Assembly (NCBI RefSeq): GCF_000148385.1 | Contig: NC_014537.1 | Location: forward strand, 210,001-242,000 | DNA length: 32,000 nt | Reading direction: 5' to 3' | DNA from: Vulcanisaeta distributa DSM 14429 | Lineage (GTDB): Archaea > Thermoproteota > Thermoprotei > Thermoproteales > Thermocladiaceae | Notes under the pieces: generated by a model | Database searches by the model: none | The model's input: only the letters and a program-made list of their open reading frames with translations | Told to the model about the DNA's origin: nothing | Translations under genes and position numbers: made by a program | Part shown: in pieces, positions 15,558 through 24,723 of the stretch | Layout of the letters: the number at the start of each line of letters is the position of its first letter | How positions within the stretch are numbered: the stretch's first letter is position 1

Positions 15558-16795
15558 TGATACCGCACTATTGGTATAACATAAACGTGGACCTGCCAAA
15601 GCCATTACCACCACCCATTGATCCCTATGAGGCCGATTCAAGGATTGCCCTGCTCATGAGGATATTACCCAGTGAGTTAATTGACCAGGAATTCACACCG
15701 CTTAGGTACGTGCCAATACCCGACGAGGTCAGGGAGCTCTACGAAAGAATGGGTAGGCCAACGCCGTTTAGGAGGGCCTATGGGCTTGAGAGGGCGTTGG
15801 GTAATGGCGTTAGGATTTACTATAAATTCGAAGGCGCACTACCGACGGGCTCCCATAAGCTTAACACGGCCATACCCCAGGTATATTACGCACTTAAGGA
15901 TGGGGCTAGGGAGGTTGTTACGGAGACTGGCGCGGGGCAGTGGGGCCTGGCAGTGTCGTTGGCTGCGGCGTTGCTGGGTGTTAAGGCCACGGTATTTATG
16001 ACGAGGAACTCCTACTTCAATAAGACCCAGAGGGTTCTCTTCATGAGGACCTACGGCGCGGAGGTTTACCCAAGCCCCAGTGAGTTGACGAAGTATGGTA
16101 GGGAGGCATTAAGGGTTAGGCCTGATCACCCAGGCAGCCTGGGCCTGGCCATCACTGAGGCTATTGAATTCACGTTAATGGGTGAGGGTAGGAAGTACAT
16201 ACCGGGTAGCGTGTTGGGCTTCGTAATACTTCATCAAACGGTGATTGGACAGGAGGTGCTACAGCAGATGCCCGAGGAGCCGGACCTGGTAATTGGGTGT
16301 GTTGGTGGTGGTAGTAACTTTAGTGGTTTCTCATTCCCAATGATCGGGGCTAAGCTTAGGGGTGAGGGGTTTGAGAAGACTAGGTTCCTAGCCGTGGAGT
16401 CAAAGGCAGCGCCTAAACTAACCAGTGGTAGGTACATGTATGACTTCCCCGACACAGGCGGGCTACTGCCGATGGTTAAGATGCTCACCCTAGGCCACGA
16501 CTACGTACCACCGCCAACACATGCAGCAGGGCTCAGGTACCACGGGGCAGCGCCGGCACTATCGTTATTAGTTAGGGAGGGCATTGTTGAGGCCAGGGCT
16601 TATGGGCAGGAGGAGGTCATGGAGGCGGCTAGGCTATTTGCCAGGACTGAAGGTATAATACCAGCTCCAGAGTCTGCCCATGCAATAAGGGCTGTGATTG
16701 ACGAGGCTAAGAGGATGCCCAAGGGCTCAGTCATATTCTTTAATCTATCGGGACACGGCCTCCTCGACGTTGATGCATATAGTAATGTGAGGTGA
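15554..16795 (+). CDS. trpB: Tryptophan synthase beta chain, TrpB2 type
   Basis: The N-terminal extension HYWYNINVDLPKPLPPPIDP is typical of TrpB2. The PLP lysine region is GSHKLNTA, and GGGSNFSG is present. An ATGA overlap links it to trpA. Confidence 0.9.
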   Translation: MMIPHYWYNINVDLPKPLPPPIDPYEADSRIALLMRILPSELIDQEFTPLRYVPIPDEVRELYERMGRPTPFRRAYGLERALGNGVRIYYKFEGALPTGSHKLNTAIPQVYYALKDGAREVVTETGAGQWGLAVSLAAALLGVKATVFMTRNSYFNKTQRVLFMRTYGAEVYPSPSELTKYGREALRVRPDHPGSLGLAITEAIEFTLMGEGRKYIPGSVLGFVILHQTVIGQEVLQQMPEEPDLVIGCVGGGSNFSGFSFPMIGAKLRGEGFEKTRFLAVESKAAPKLTSGRYMYDFPDTGGLLPMVKMLTLGHDYVPPPTHAAGLRYHGAAPALSLLVREGIVEARAYGQEEVMEAARLFARTEGIIPAPESAHAIRAVIDEAKRMPKGSVIFFNLSGHGLLDVDAYSNVR

Positions 16796-17805
16796 TGACG
16801 ATGAAGGAGATACTCGAGAAAATAGCCAGGGGATTAGCCCTGAGCGTGGATGAGGCGTACGAGGTCGCCAAGGGCATGTTGACGAGTATTGATGAAGCGT
16901 TATCAGCGGCAGTACTAATGGGCCTGAGGGTAAGGGGTGAGGCGTCCAGCGAGATTGCCGGCTTTGCGAAGGCTCTCAGGGACTTCTGCGTCAAGATACC
17001 AATAGATGATAGGGGTAAGTACGTGGATACCGCCGGCACGGGAGGTGATGGGTTCGGAACACTCAATGTGTCCACGGCGGCAGCGTTGGTGGCTGCTTAC
17101 CTGGGAGCTCGCGTGATTAAGCACGGCAATAGGAGCGTTTCATCAACCTCGGGTAGTGCGGACTTCCTTGAGGCGTTAGGCTTCAACATAAACCTACCAC
17201 CCAATAAGGCGGCTGAGATGGCGATTAAGTACCGCTTCACCTTCGCCTTTGCCCCAGCCTATCACCCAGCAATGAAGAACGTGATGCCCGTAAGGAAGAA
17301 ATTGGGCATTAGGACAATATTCAACCTAATAGGGCCGCTGGCAAACCCAGCCCTACTCACTAGGCAGTTGATCGGTGTTGCGGATAGTTCATTAATGGAT
17401 AGAATGGCTGAGGCAGCGTTAATGCTTGGTTATGAGCATGCCGTGCTCGTGCATGGCGAGCCCGGTATTGATGAGGTTTCGGTCTTTGGTAAGACCATGG
17501 TTATTGAGGTCAGGGGTAATAATGTGGATAAGTACTTCATTGAGCCCAGGGACCTGGGGCTAGGTACTCATAGGATTGATGAGGTTAGGGTTTCAAGCCC
17601 ATTGAGCAGTATTGAGAAGGTTAAGCGAGCTATATCTGGTGAGGATGAGGCGGCTAGGGACTTCATAATTGCCAATGCCGCATTTACACTATACGTCGCG
17701 GGCATGGTTAGGGATCCAAGGGACGGTGTTGAGTACGTAAGGTCACACCTAGACAATGGCTTTTGGGACTACGTGAATGAGCTCGCCAGGGTGAGTAGGT
17801 CATGA
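16792..17805 (+). CDS. trpD: Anthranilate phosphoribosyltransferase
   Basis: DTAGTGGDGFGTLNVSTAAALV, KHGNRSVSSTSGSADFLEALG and RTIFNLIGPLANPA motifs are present. The start overlaps the trpB stop. Confidence 0.9.
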   Translation: MMTMKEILEKIARGLALSVDEAYEVAKGMLTSIDEALSAAVLMGLRVRGEASSEIAGFAKALRDFCVKIPIDDRGKYVDTAGTGGDGFGTLNVSTAAALVAAYLGARVIKHGNRSVSSTSGSADFLEALGFNINLPPNKAAEMAIKYRFTFAFAPAYHPAMKNVMPVRKKLGIRTIFNLIGPLANPALLTRQLIGVADSSLMDRMAEAALMLGYEHAVLVHGEPGIDEVSVFGKTMVIEVRGNNVDKYFIEPRDLGLGTHRIDEVRVSSPLSSIEKVKRAISGEDEAARDFIIANAAFTLYVAGMVRDPRDGVEYVRSHLDNGFWDYVNELARVSRS

Positions 17806-18446
17806 CGCTACTTAAGATTTGTGGGGTTACGAACGTTAGGGATGCCGTAATGGTTAGTGGTTATGCCGACTACGTCGGCGTAATAGTGCACTCCAGGGTA
17901 CCAACACCGAGGCTTGTCAACGGCGAGACAGCTAGGGAAATGATAAGATCAGTCAGGGGGGTCAGGGTTGTCGGTGTCGTGGAGGGGCTTGAGTTAATTG
18001 ATGCCGCTAAATTAGTCAGCGACCTCGGGTTTGATGTCCTTCAGTATCATGGTGACTTTGAACCGAGTGGTGAGGTTATGGACTTGTTCAATGATCTTGG
18101 GATTAAGCTGGCGCCGGTATTGACGTACGTAGGTGATAAATCAATAATTGATAGGGCTGCCAAGCTTTCATTGATTAATTATGTGGAGTACGTACTTATT
18201 GACGCGCCAAAAACGAACTTCACTAAGTATGAGCATGGCCTTAAATTGCCGTTGGACGTGATCAGGGAGGCCAGCGCCATACCTAGGGTTGGTGTTGCCG
18301 GCGGTATAAATCCAGGTAACGTGTCGCTGGTGATGAGGTATAGGCCATTCCTAATCGATGTTAGCTCTGGGGTTGAGAAAAGCCCTGGAATTAAGGATGA
18401 GGAGTTGGTGAGGAGAGTCGCGGAGGTGGTTAGGGGTGTCCGTTAG
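17802..18446 (+). CDS. trpF: Phosphoribosylanthranilate isomerase
   Basis: N-terminal LKICGVTNVRDA, the C-terminal IDVSSGVE motif and a ~214 aa length fit the family. An ATGA overlap links it to trpD. Confidence 0.8.
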   Translation: MTLLKICGVTNVRDAVMVSGYADYVGVIVHSRVPTPRLVNGETAREMIRSVRGVRVVGVVEGLELIDAAKLVSDLGFDVLQYHGDFEPSGEVMDLFNDLGIKLAPVLTYVGDKSIIDRAAKLSLINYVEYVLIDAPKTNFTKYEHGLKLPLDVIREASAIPRVGVAGGINPGNVSLVMRYRPFLIDVSSGVEKSPGIKDEELVRRVAEVVRGVR

Positions 18447-19698
18447 GAAGATACCCATTCAGTACCTGCCAAAGCCCAGGGAACTCACCAATTACCTGCT
18501 TAAGTCTGGTGAGGACTTCGTGACGTTACTCGAGAGTGGGCCAGGCTTTCCAGAGAGGTCTAGGTACACGATCGTTGCGTGGGGGGTTACCGAGCACCTA
18601 GTGGTTGATTGGGATGGTGATCTATATGGTGAATTGAAGGGATTAGTTAGTAAACTTGGTAGGTTTGAGAGTGGTGATATAGCCCTTGGCTACCTGTCCT
18701 ACGAGGCCGTGGCCTACATGGAGCCATACTTAAGGAGCTACCTAAGGAAGCCGCAGTGGCCGGTTGCAGAGTTTGTAATACCGAGTAACGTGGTCATTTA
18801 CGACAACCTACTGGGCAGGGGCTATGTTAAGGGCGAACTACCCAGTAATGCCTCAGTGGATTTAGACGATTTTGAGGTGGTTAGTAAGGTTGGTGGTACT
18901 AGGAAGGAGGACTTCATTAGGTGGGTTGAGTCGTCACTTGAGGATATTAGGAATGGTGAGATTTTCCAAATAGTCCTTTCCAGGTATGAGGACTACTCAG
19001 TGAGGGGTGACGTGATGAACCTATACATGAGACTCGCAGACCTAAACCCATCGCCATACATGTACATAACCAAGTTCGGGGATAAGTACATAGTTGGTAC
19101 GAGCCCTGAGTTACTGGTTAAGGTTGACGGTGATAGGGTGGAGACGCACCCAATAGCCGGGACTAGGCCGAGGGGTAAGGACCCAATTGATGATCTAAGA
19201 CTTGAGGAGGAATTGATCAATAGTATTAAGGATAAGGCGGAGCACGTGATGCTCGTCGACCTCGCCAGAAACGACATCGGCAGGGTGTGTAGGTTCGGCA
19301 CGGTTAGAGTTAAGGAATTATACGCCATCGAGAAGTACCAAAGCGTTCAACACCTAGTCTCCAGGGTTGAGGGTGTCCTGGAGCGCGGTAATGACATTGT
19401 CGATGCCCTATTCGCAACGTTCCCCGCAGGTACGGTTAGTGGAGCGCCCAAGCCAAGGGCTATGGAGTTAATCGCGAAGTACGAGGGCACGGCCAGGGGG
19501 CCCTATGCAGGGGCCATTGGTTTGATGCATGGTAGTGGTGGTGAATTCGCGATAATAATAAGGACTTTATTCCTAATGGGTGGCGTGGCCCGGATACAGG
19601 CAGGGGCTGGCATAGTCTATGACTCAGTACCCGAACTTGAGTTCCAGGAGACAGAGCATAAGCTAGGTAGTTTGAAGACTGCCATGGGGGTGGTATGA
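18436..19698 (+). CDS. trpE: Anthranilate synthase component I
   Basis: NPSPYMYI, HPIAGTRPRG, EHVMLVDLARND, FPAGTVSGAPKPRAMELI and RGPYAGAIG motifs are present. The GTG start overlaps trpF by 11 nt. Confidence 0.9.
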   Translation: MSVRKIPIQYLPKPRELTNYLLKSGEDFVTLLESGPGFPERSRYTIVAWGVTEHLVVDWDGDLYGELKGLVSKLGRFESGDIALGYLSYEAVAYMEPYLRSYLRKPQWPVAEFVIPSNVVIYDNLLGRGYVKGELPSNASVDLDDFEVVSKVGGTRKEDFIRWVESSLEDIRNGEIFQIVLSRYEDYSVRGDVMNLYMRLADLNPSPYMYITKFGDKYIVGTSPELLVKVDGDRVETHPIAGTRPRGKDPIDDLRLEEELINSIKDKAEHVMLVDLARNDIGRVCRFGTVRVKELYAIEKYQSVQHLVSRVEGVLERGNDIVDALFATFPAGTVSGAPKPRAMELIAKYEGTARGPYAGAIGLMHGSGGEFAIIIRTLFLMGGVARIQAGAGIVYDSVPELEFQETEHKLGSLKTAMGVV

Positions 19699-20279
19699 TG
19701 GAACTAGTAGTAATCATAGACAATTACGACTCCTTCACATACAACATAGCCCAGTACGTGGGTGAGCTTGGGGCTAAGCCGCTGGTCTTTAGGAATGATG
19801 AGGTCACCGTTAAGGTAATCGAGAGGCTTAGGCCCAATGGCATAATCATATCACCAGGCCCTGGCAGCCCACTTAATCCCAGGGACATAGGCATATCCAG
19901 GGATGTGATCCAGCGCTTCAAGGGTAGGGTACCCATACTGGGTATTTGCCTTGGTCATCAAGTAATTGGCGTTACCTTTGGGGCCAGGATTAGGAGGGCC
20001 AGGACGATAAAGCACGGTAAAACCAGTATGATTAGGTTGATGAGGCCATCACCGATATTCCAAGGTCTCCCCGATAGGATTGAGGGCATGAGGTACCACA
20101 GCCTCGTAATAGATGATATACCCAGTGAATTAATTGTCACGGCCATTTCCGAGGATGACAATGAGGTCATGGCAGTACAGCACAGGGATTACCCGATATT
20201 TGGTGTTCAATTCCACCCAGAAAGCGTCGGCACACCAATGGGTAAGGAGATACTGAAGAACTTCCTCTCCCTGGGCTAA
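19695..20279 (+). CDS. trpG: Anthranilate synthase component II (glutamine amidotransferase)
   Basis: IDNYDSFTYN, SPGPG, GICLGHQ (catalytic Cys) and FGVQFHPES motifs are present. An ATGA overlap links it to trpE. Confidence 0.9.
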   Translation: MMELVVIIDNYDSFTYNIAQYVGELGAKPLVFRNDEVTVKVIERLRPNGIIISPGPGSPLNPRDIGISRDVIQRFKGRVPILGICLGHQVIGVTFGARIRRARTIKHGKTSMIRLMRPSPIFQGLPDRIEGMRYHSLVIDDIPSELIVTAISEDDNEVMAVQHRDYPIFGVQFHPESVGTPMGKEILKNFLSLG

Positions 20280-20322
20280 TTAAATTCGTTAATTGTGCAA
20301 AACACCATTTGGCAATAGTCGA

Positions 20323-20327
20323 TTTTT
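20323..20327 (+). terminator. Oligo-T run (TTTTT) 44 nt downstream of the trpG stop; candidate archaeal intrinsic termination signal
   Basis: This is the only T5 run between trpG and the ppsA promoter. The call is weak because the region is A/T-rich. Confidence 0.25.
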
Positions 20328-20356
20328 GAAATTATAGTAATTATTTACTCTTATCA

Positions 20357-20367
20357 AATTATTTAAG
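20357..20367 (+). promoter_or_regulatory. TATA-like box (AATTATTTAAG) of ppsA
   Basis: Centred about 27 nt upstream of GTG 20389. Confidence 0.4.
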
Positions 20368-20388
20368 TAATCAAGGCATGGCTACACC

Positions 20389-22824
20389 GTGGCGGATTAT
20401 AAATTCATAGTTTGGCTTAATGAGGAGGTTAAGGACCCATCAATACTTGGCGGTAAGGGCGCCAACCTAAACAAATTAATGTTAATGGGTGTACCCGTAC
20501 CACCGGGCTTCGTAATAACCACGGAGGCGTTTAACTACTTCATGTCGGTAAATGGGCTTAGGGATAGGGTACTCAACATAATTAATGAGGTTGTTAAGGA
20601 GGGAAGGCCTGAGGAGTATGAGGAGGCTGAGAGGAGGATTAAGGGGTTGATACTCAATACGGAGATCCCCAGGGACCTTCATGAGGAGATAACTAGGGCG
20701 TACATGGAATTAAGCAAGTCCTTCAATACCGACGCGTTGGCCGTGGCCGTAAGGTCAAGCGCCAGCGCTGAGGATCTGAGGACGTCAAGTTTTGCTGGTC
20801 AGCAGGACACGTACCTAAACGTTAGGGGTGTTGAGGATTTGATTAAGTATGTTAAGTATGTGTGGGCGAGTACGTATAATGCCAGGGCGTTGGCGTATAG
20901 GGATGAGAGGGATATTCCACACGACGTGGCTTACATGGCCGTTATAGTGCAGAAGTTGGTTAATAGTAAGGCGGCGGGTGTATTATTCACGATAAACCCA
21001 GTGACTGGGGATAGCAATGAGGTGGTTATTGAGTCCTCCTGGGGGCTTGGGGAGGCTGTGGTTGGTGGTATGGTGACTCCGGATAGGTGGGTTGTGGATA
21101 AGAGTAGGTTGGTGATTAAGGATAGGGTCGTGGCGAGGAAAAGCGTGATGATGACGAGGAGCGAATCTGGGTTAACGAAGGTCGTCGAGGTACCAAGTGA
21201 CCTGGCGGAGAAACCATCATTAAGTGATGCCGAGGTAATCGCACTAGCCAAGCTGGGTATTGAGCTTGAGAACCGCGTTGGCTATCCACTGGACATTGAG
21301 TGGGTCATTGATTCAGACTCAGGTAACATATACGTGGTTCAGATGAGGCCTGAAACCGTGTACAGTAGTGGTAAGGCTAAGGCAATTAACGAGGGTAGGG
21401 CAACCACGGGTAAAGCTGTGATTAAGGGAATAGCCGCAAGCCCGGGTATAGCCGTGGGTCGAGTAAGGATTTGCCTAACCCCAGAGGAGGCCAGGGCTAA
21501 GATGGGTAAGGGCGACATATTAGTGACGAAAATGACAAACCCTGATTGGGTGCCGTACATGAAGATGGCATCTGCGATAATAACCGATGAGGGTGGCATG
21601 ACGAGTCACGCAGCCATAGTATCCAGAGAGCTGGGCATACCGGCCATTGTAGGTACTGGTAACGCAACATCAGTACTTAAGGATGGTGAGGTCTACACGG
21701 TAGATGCCGTGCACGGCGTGATTTATGAGGGTAAGGTCGAGGAATTAGTGAGTAAGGCGAAGGCCACTAGGGAGGTGCAGGTCACCACGGCGCCCAGCAC
21801 CAATGAGATAATACTTCACATTTACAGGTCAATAAGGACCGCGACCGGCGTCTACATGAATCTCGGAGTCCCCGAGAAAATCGATGAGTATAAGGACCTG
21901 CCCTTCGACGGTATTGGCCTAATGAGGATTGAATTCGTGCTTTCCAGCTACATCGGTGACCACCCACTTTACCTAATAAGCATTGGTAATGAGGAGAAGT
22001 TCATTAATAGATTGGCCGAGGGCGTGGCCTACGTGGCCAAGGCCATATACCCAAGGCCCGTCATTGTTAGGTTCAGTGACTTTAAGAGCAATGAGTATAG
22101 GCAGTTAACGGGTGGTGAGAAGTTCGAGCCTGAGGAGAGGAATCCAATGCTTGGTTGGAGGGGTGTCTCGAGATACATAAGTAAGGATTACGAGAAGGCC
22201 TTCAGGCTTGAGGTTAGGGCCATTAAGAGGGTTAGGGAGGAGATGAATCTAAATAATGTTCACGTGATGGTGCCATTCGTAAGGGCTCCCTGGGAACTTG
22301 AGAGGTTCATGCAAATACTCAATGAGGAGGGACTCGAAAGGGATAGAGACTTTAAGGTATATGCAATGGCTGAGATACCCAGCATAGCCCTTCTTGTTGA
22401 GGATTTTGCGAAGTATGTTGATGGATTCTCAATAGGTAGTAACGACTTAACACAGCTCATTATGGGTGTGGATAGGGACAATGACATATTGGTTAGGCAG
22501 AACCCGAGGTACTTCGATGAGAGGGAGCCTGCGGTGCTTAGGGCCATGTATGAGATAATAAGGAGGGCCCATGCAATGAATAAGAGCGTTGGCATATGTG
22601 GGCAGGCGCCATCTGTGTATCCGGAGATAACGGAGTTCCTGGTGAGGGCGGGCATTGATTACGTATCCGTGAACCCAGACGCCGTAATAACGACTAGGCT
22701 CCTCATAGACTCAATAGAGAGGAAGATAATCCTTGAGGAATTACGTGAGTTAAGGAGGAAGCTAATGCCTATGGAGCCGGATGGTGAATTTCACGAAATA
22801 CTTAATAAGGTCTTTAAGGGATAA
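20389..22824 (+). CDS. ppsA: Phosphoenolpyruvate synthase (pyruvate, water dikinase)
   Basis: It has an N-terminal ATP-grasp region (GGKGANL), the phosphohistidine motif TDEGGMTSHAAIVSRELGIPAIVG, and a C-terminal PEP-utilising domain with GICGQAP. The length is 811 aa. Confidence 0.9.
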   Translation: MADYKFIVWLNEEVKDPSILGGKGANLNKLMLMGVPVPPGFVITTEAFNYFMSVNGLRDRVLNIINEVVKEGRPEEYEEAERRIKGLILNTEIPRDLHEEITRAYMELSKSFNTDALAVAVRSSASAEDLRTSSFAGQQDTYLNVRGVEDLIKYVKYVWASTYNARALAYRDERDIPHDVAYMAVIVQKLVNSKAAGVLFTINPVTGDSNEVVIESSWGLGEAVVGGMVTPDRWVVDKSRLVIKDRVVARKSVMMTRSESGLTKVVEVPSDLAEKPSLSDAEVIALAKLGIELENRVGYPLDIEWVIDSDSGNIYVVQMRPETVYSSGKAKAINEGRATTGKAVIKGIAASPGIAVGRVRICLTPEEARAKMGKGDILVTKMTNPDWVPYMKMASAIITDEGGMTSHAAIVSRELGIPAIVGTGNATSVLKDGEVYTVDAVHGVIYEGKVEELVSKAKATREVQVTTAPSTNEIILHIYRSIRTATGVYMNLGVPEKIDEYKDLPFDGIGLMRIEFVLSSYIGDHPLYLISIGNEEKFINRLAEGVAYVAKAIYPRPVIVRFSDFKSNEYRQLTGGEKFEPEERNPMLGWRGVSRYISKDYEKAFRLEVRAIKRVREEMNLNNVHVMVPFVRAPWELERFMQILNEEGLERDRDFKVYAMAEIPSIALLVEDFAKYVDGFSIGSNDLTQLIMGVDRDNDILVRQNPRYFDEREPAVLRAMYEIIRRAHAMNKSVGICGQAPSVYPEITEFLVRAGIDYVSVNPDAVITTRLLIDSIERKIILEELRELRRKLMPMEPDGEFHEILNKVFKG

Positions 22825-22847
22825 GTATAGGCGAATAAATACTAAAT

Positions 22848-22858
22848 ACTTAAAAATC
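22848..22858 (+). promoter_or_regulatory. TATA-like box (ACTTAAAAATC) of the LysE-family gene
   Basis: Centred about 27 nt upstream of GTG 22880. Confidence 0.4.
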
Positions 22859-22879
22859 AAGGACTACCTAGTCTAATTA

Positions 22880-23500
22880 GTGCTTGGTCCTGACTTTATA
22901 ATTAAGGTAATCGTGATAAGCGCCTCAGGAGCCTTAGCACCAGGCCCATTAACCGCCTCAGCTGCCAGCCTCGGTGCACGCATGGGTTGGAGAGCCGGCA
23001 TCAACGAGGCCATTGGGCACATGACTGTGGAGCTACCACTCGTCCTGGCAATAGCTTACGGACTTCACTACATATTCCAAATACCAATCATTAGTACTGC
23101 GTTTGGGATCGTTGGTGGGGCATTTCTACTATTCTTTGCCTACCTAACACTAAGAGATGCGTTGAGGGGTAGCTTTAACGTGAGTGATGCGCCAAGGTAT
23201 AGCTCAGCAGTAGTAACCGGCGCGGCGTTATCGTTATTTAATCCATACTTCATTGCCTGGTGGATTGGGGTTGGCACACCACTGATAATGGAGGCCTTTC
23301 AATCAATGTACCTAATTGGTATAGGCATACTGTATGTTTCCCACGTGTGGCTTGACTACGCATGGCTAACGTTAATAGCATCCCTAGGCTCCGTGAGCAG
23401 ATTAAAGATATCAGCATATAGGGTATTGCTGATGGCACTTGCAATAGCCATAGCCTATTTCGGAATATCAATGATAATCTCCATGGTAAAGTCCCTATAG
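22880..23500 (+). CDS. LysE/RhtB-family amino-acid efflux membrane protein
   Basis: It is ~206 aa and hydrophobic, with about 6 predicted TM segments, an N-terminal APGPL motif and a NPYFIAWW segment typical of LysE-type translocators. Confidence 0.6.
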   Translation: MLGPDFIIKVIVISASGALAPGPLTASAASLGARMGWRAGINEAIGHMTVELPLVLAIAYGLHYIFQIPIISTAFGIVGGAFLLFFAYLTLRDALRGSFNVSDAPRYSSAVVTGAALSLFNPYFIAWWIGVGTPLIMEAFQSMYLIGIGILYVSHVWLDYAWLTLIASLGSVSRLKISAYRVLLMALAIAIAYFGISMIISMVKSL

Positions 23501-23538
23501 TGATACTTAAACATAAAATTGAGTAGAAATTCCCATGA

Positions 23539-24603
23539 ATGATCCCAATGATTAGTGCTGGTTATTTCGGTTTGTTTTTTGAGGATTTTGTTGTTGGTTC
23601 TGTGGTTAGGCATAGGCCCTGTAGGTCTGTTGATTTCTATGACAACGTCCTCTGGTCCTCATTAACCCTGGACTACACACCGCTTTACCTAGACCGTGAG
23701 TACGCATCGCACACAGACTTCGGCGGCATCATCATAAACCCAAGGTTCCTACACTCCCTCGTGATAGGCATTGCCACCAGGGATACGAGCATAAACACCA
23801 TGGCCTTCCTGGGAATTGACTACGAGAGGTTGGTAAGGCCCGTGTACCCAGGCGACACCATATGTGTTGAGTCTGAGGTTGTCAATAAGCGTGAGTCAAG
23901 GAGTAGGCCGGGCATGGGTATTGTGACCTGGGTCCACAGGGCGTATAATCAGAGGGGTGAATTGGTTTATGAGGTTAGGAGGAGCAACCTAATTTATAAA
24001 CGCGGTGAATCGCCGTGGGTCAAGTTCCTAAGGGGTGAGCCGGTGGGTAGGGTTGAGGCGAGGCCAACAGCTGCTTCGAGACCTATCGACTACTCATCCA
24101 TTCAATTCACGCAGTTGAGTCATGAGCCGTGGCTCGGCAGGTTCCTCGAGGATTTCAGGCCTGGTGAGGTTATTGTCCATAGGCTTGGTAGGACTGTTTA
24201 CGAATTCGATAACGTACTTAGTACGGTACTATCAATGAACACGGCAACGCTGCACTTCGATGAGGAGTACATGGCGTATCACGACTATGGGAGGCCCGTT
24301 GTCCAGGGACCATTTATCGTTGGACTTGCCTGCGGTCTATCATCAATGGACTTAACAATGAATATTGCGGCGGACCTGGGTATTACGGAGCTTAGGCTTA
24401 AGTCGCCCGTGTTTCACGGTGACACATTACACGCGGTGAGTGAGGTACTCAGTGTTGAGGGGTCTAGCGACCCAAGGTTTGGGGTAATTACCGTGAGAAC
24501 CAGGCTGTATAAGGATTTGATGAGGGTGGAGGTCGCGGAGATAACGAGGAAAATCACAATATACAAAAAAGAACACACACCATGGAGGTTTATACGGAGG
24601 TGA
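23539..24603 (+). CDS. Double hot-dog MaoC-like (R)-hydratase-fold protein (mesaconyl/itaconyl-CoA hydratase-like architecture), specificity unknown
   Basis: There are two internally homologous halves: FFEDFVVGSVVRHRPCRSVDFYDNVLWSSLTLDYTPLYLDREYA... and FLEDFRPGEVIVHRLGRTVYEFDNVLSTVLSMNTATLHFDEEYM... Each aligns to the MaoC hydratase-2 motif region. Confidence 0.7.
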   Translation: MIPMISAGYFGLFFEDFVVGSVVRHRPCRSVDFYDNVLWSSLTLDYTPLYLDREYASHTDFGGIIINPRFLHSLVIGIATRDTSINTMAFLGIDYERLVRPVYPGDTICVESEVVNKRESRSRPGMGIVTWVHRAYNQRGELVYEVRRSNLIYKRGESPWVKFLRGEPVGRVEARPTAASRPIDYSSIQFTQLSHEPWLGRFLEDFRPGEVIVHRLGRTVYEFDNVLSTVLSMNTATLHFDEEYMAYHDYGRPVVQGPFIVGLACGLSSMDLTMNIAADLGITELRLKSPVFHGDTLHAVSEVLSVEGSSDPRFGVITVRTRLYKDLMRVEVAEITRKITIYKKEHTPWRFIRR

Positions 24604-24693
24604 TCTATGTCTAAAATTGACGTTATTTTAAATTCAACTTTCAGCGCCTTAACTCAATACATTGATATCTCTTTGTCGTCTTTAGCGAAAGTC

Positions 24694-24702
24694 TTTTATT
24701 TA
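24694..24702 (+). promoter_or_regulatory. TATA-like box (TTTTATTTA) of the AbrB-like gene
   Basis: Centred about 26 nt upstream of ATG 24724. Confidence 0.4.
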
Positions 24703-24723
24703 GGGATTGAATTTAGAGATTAA

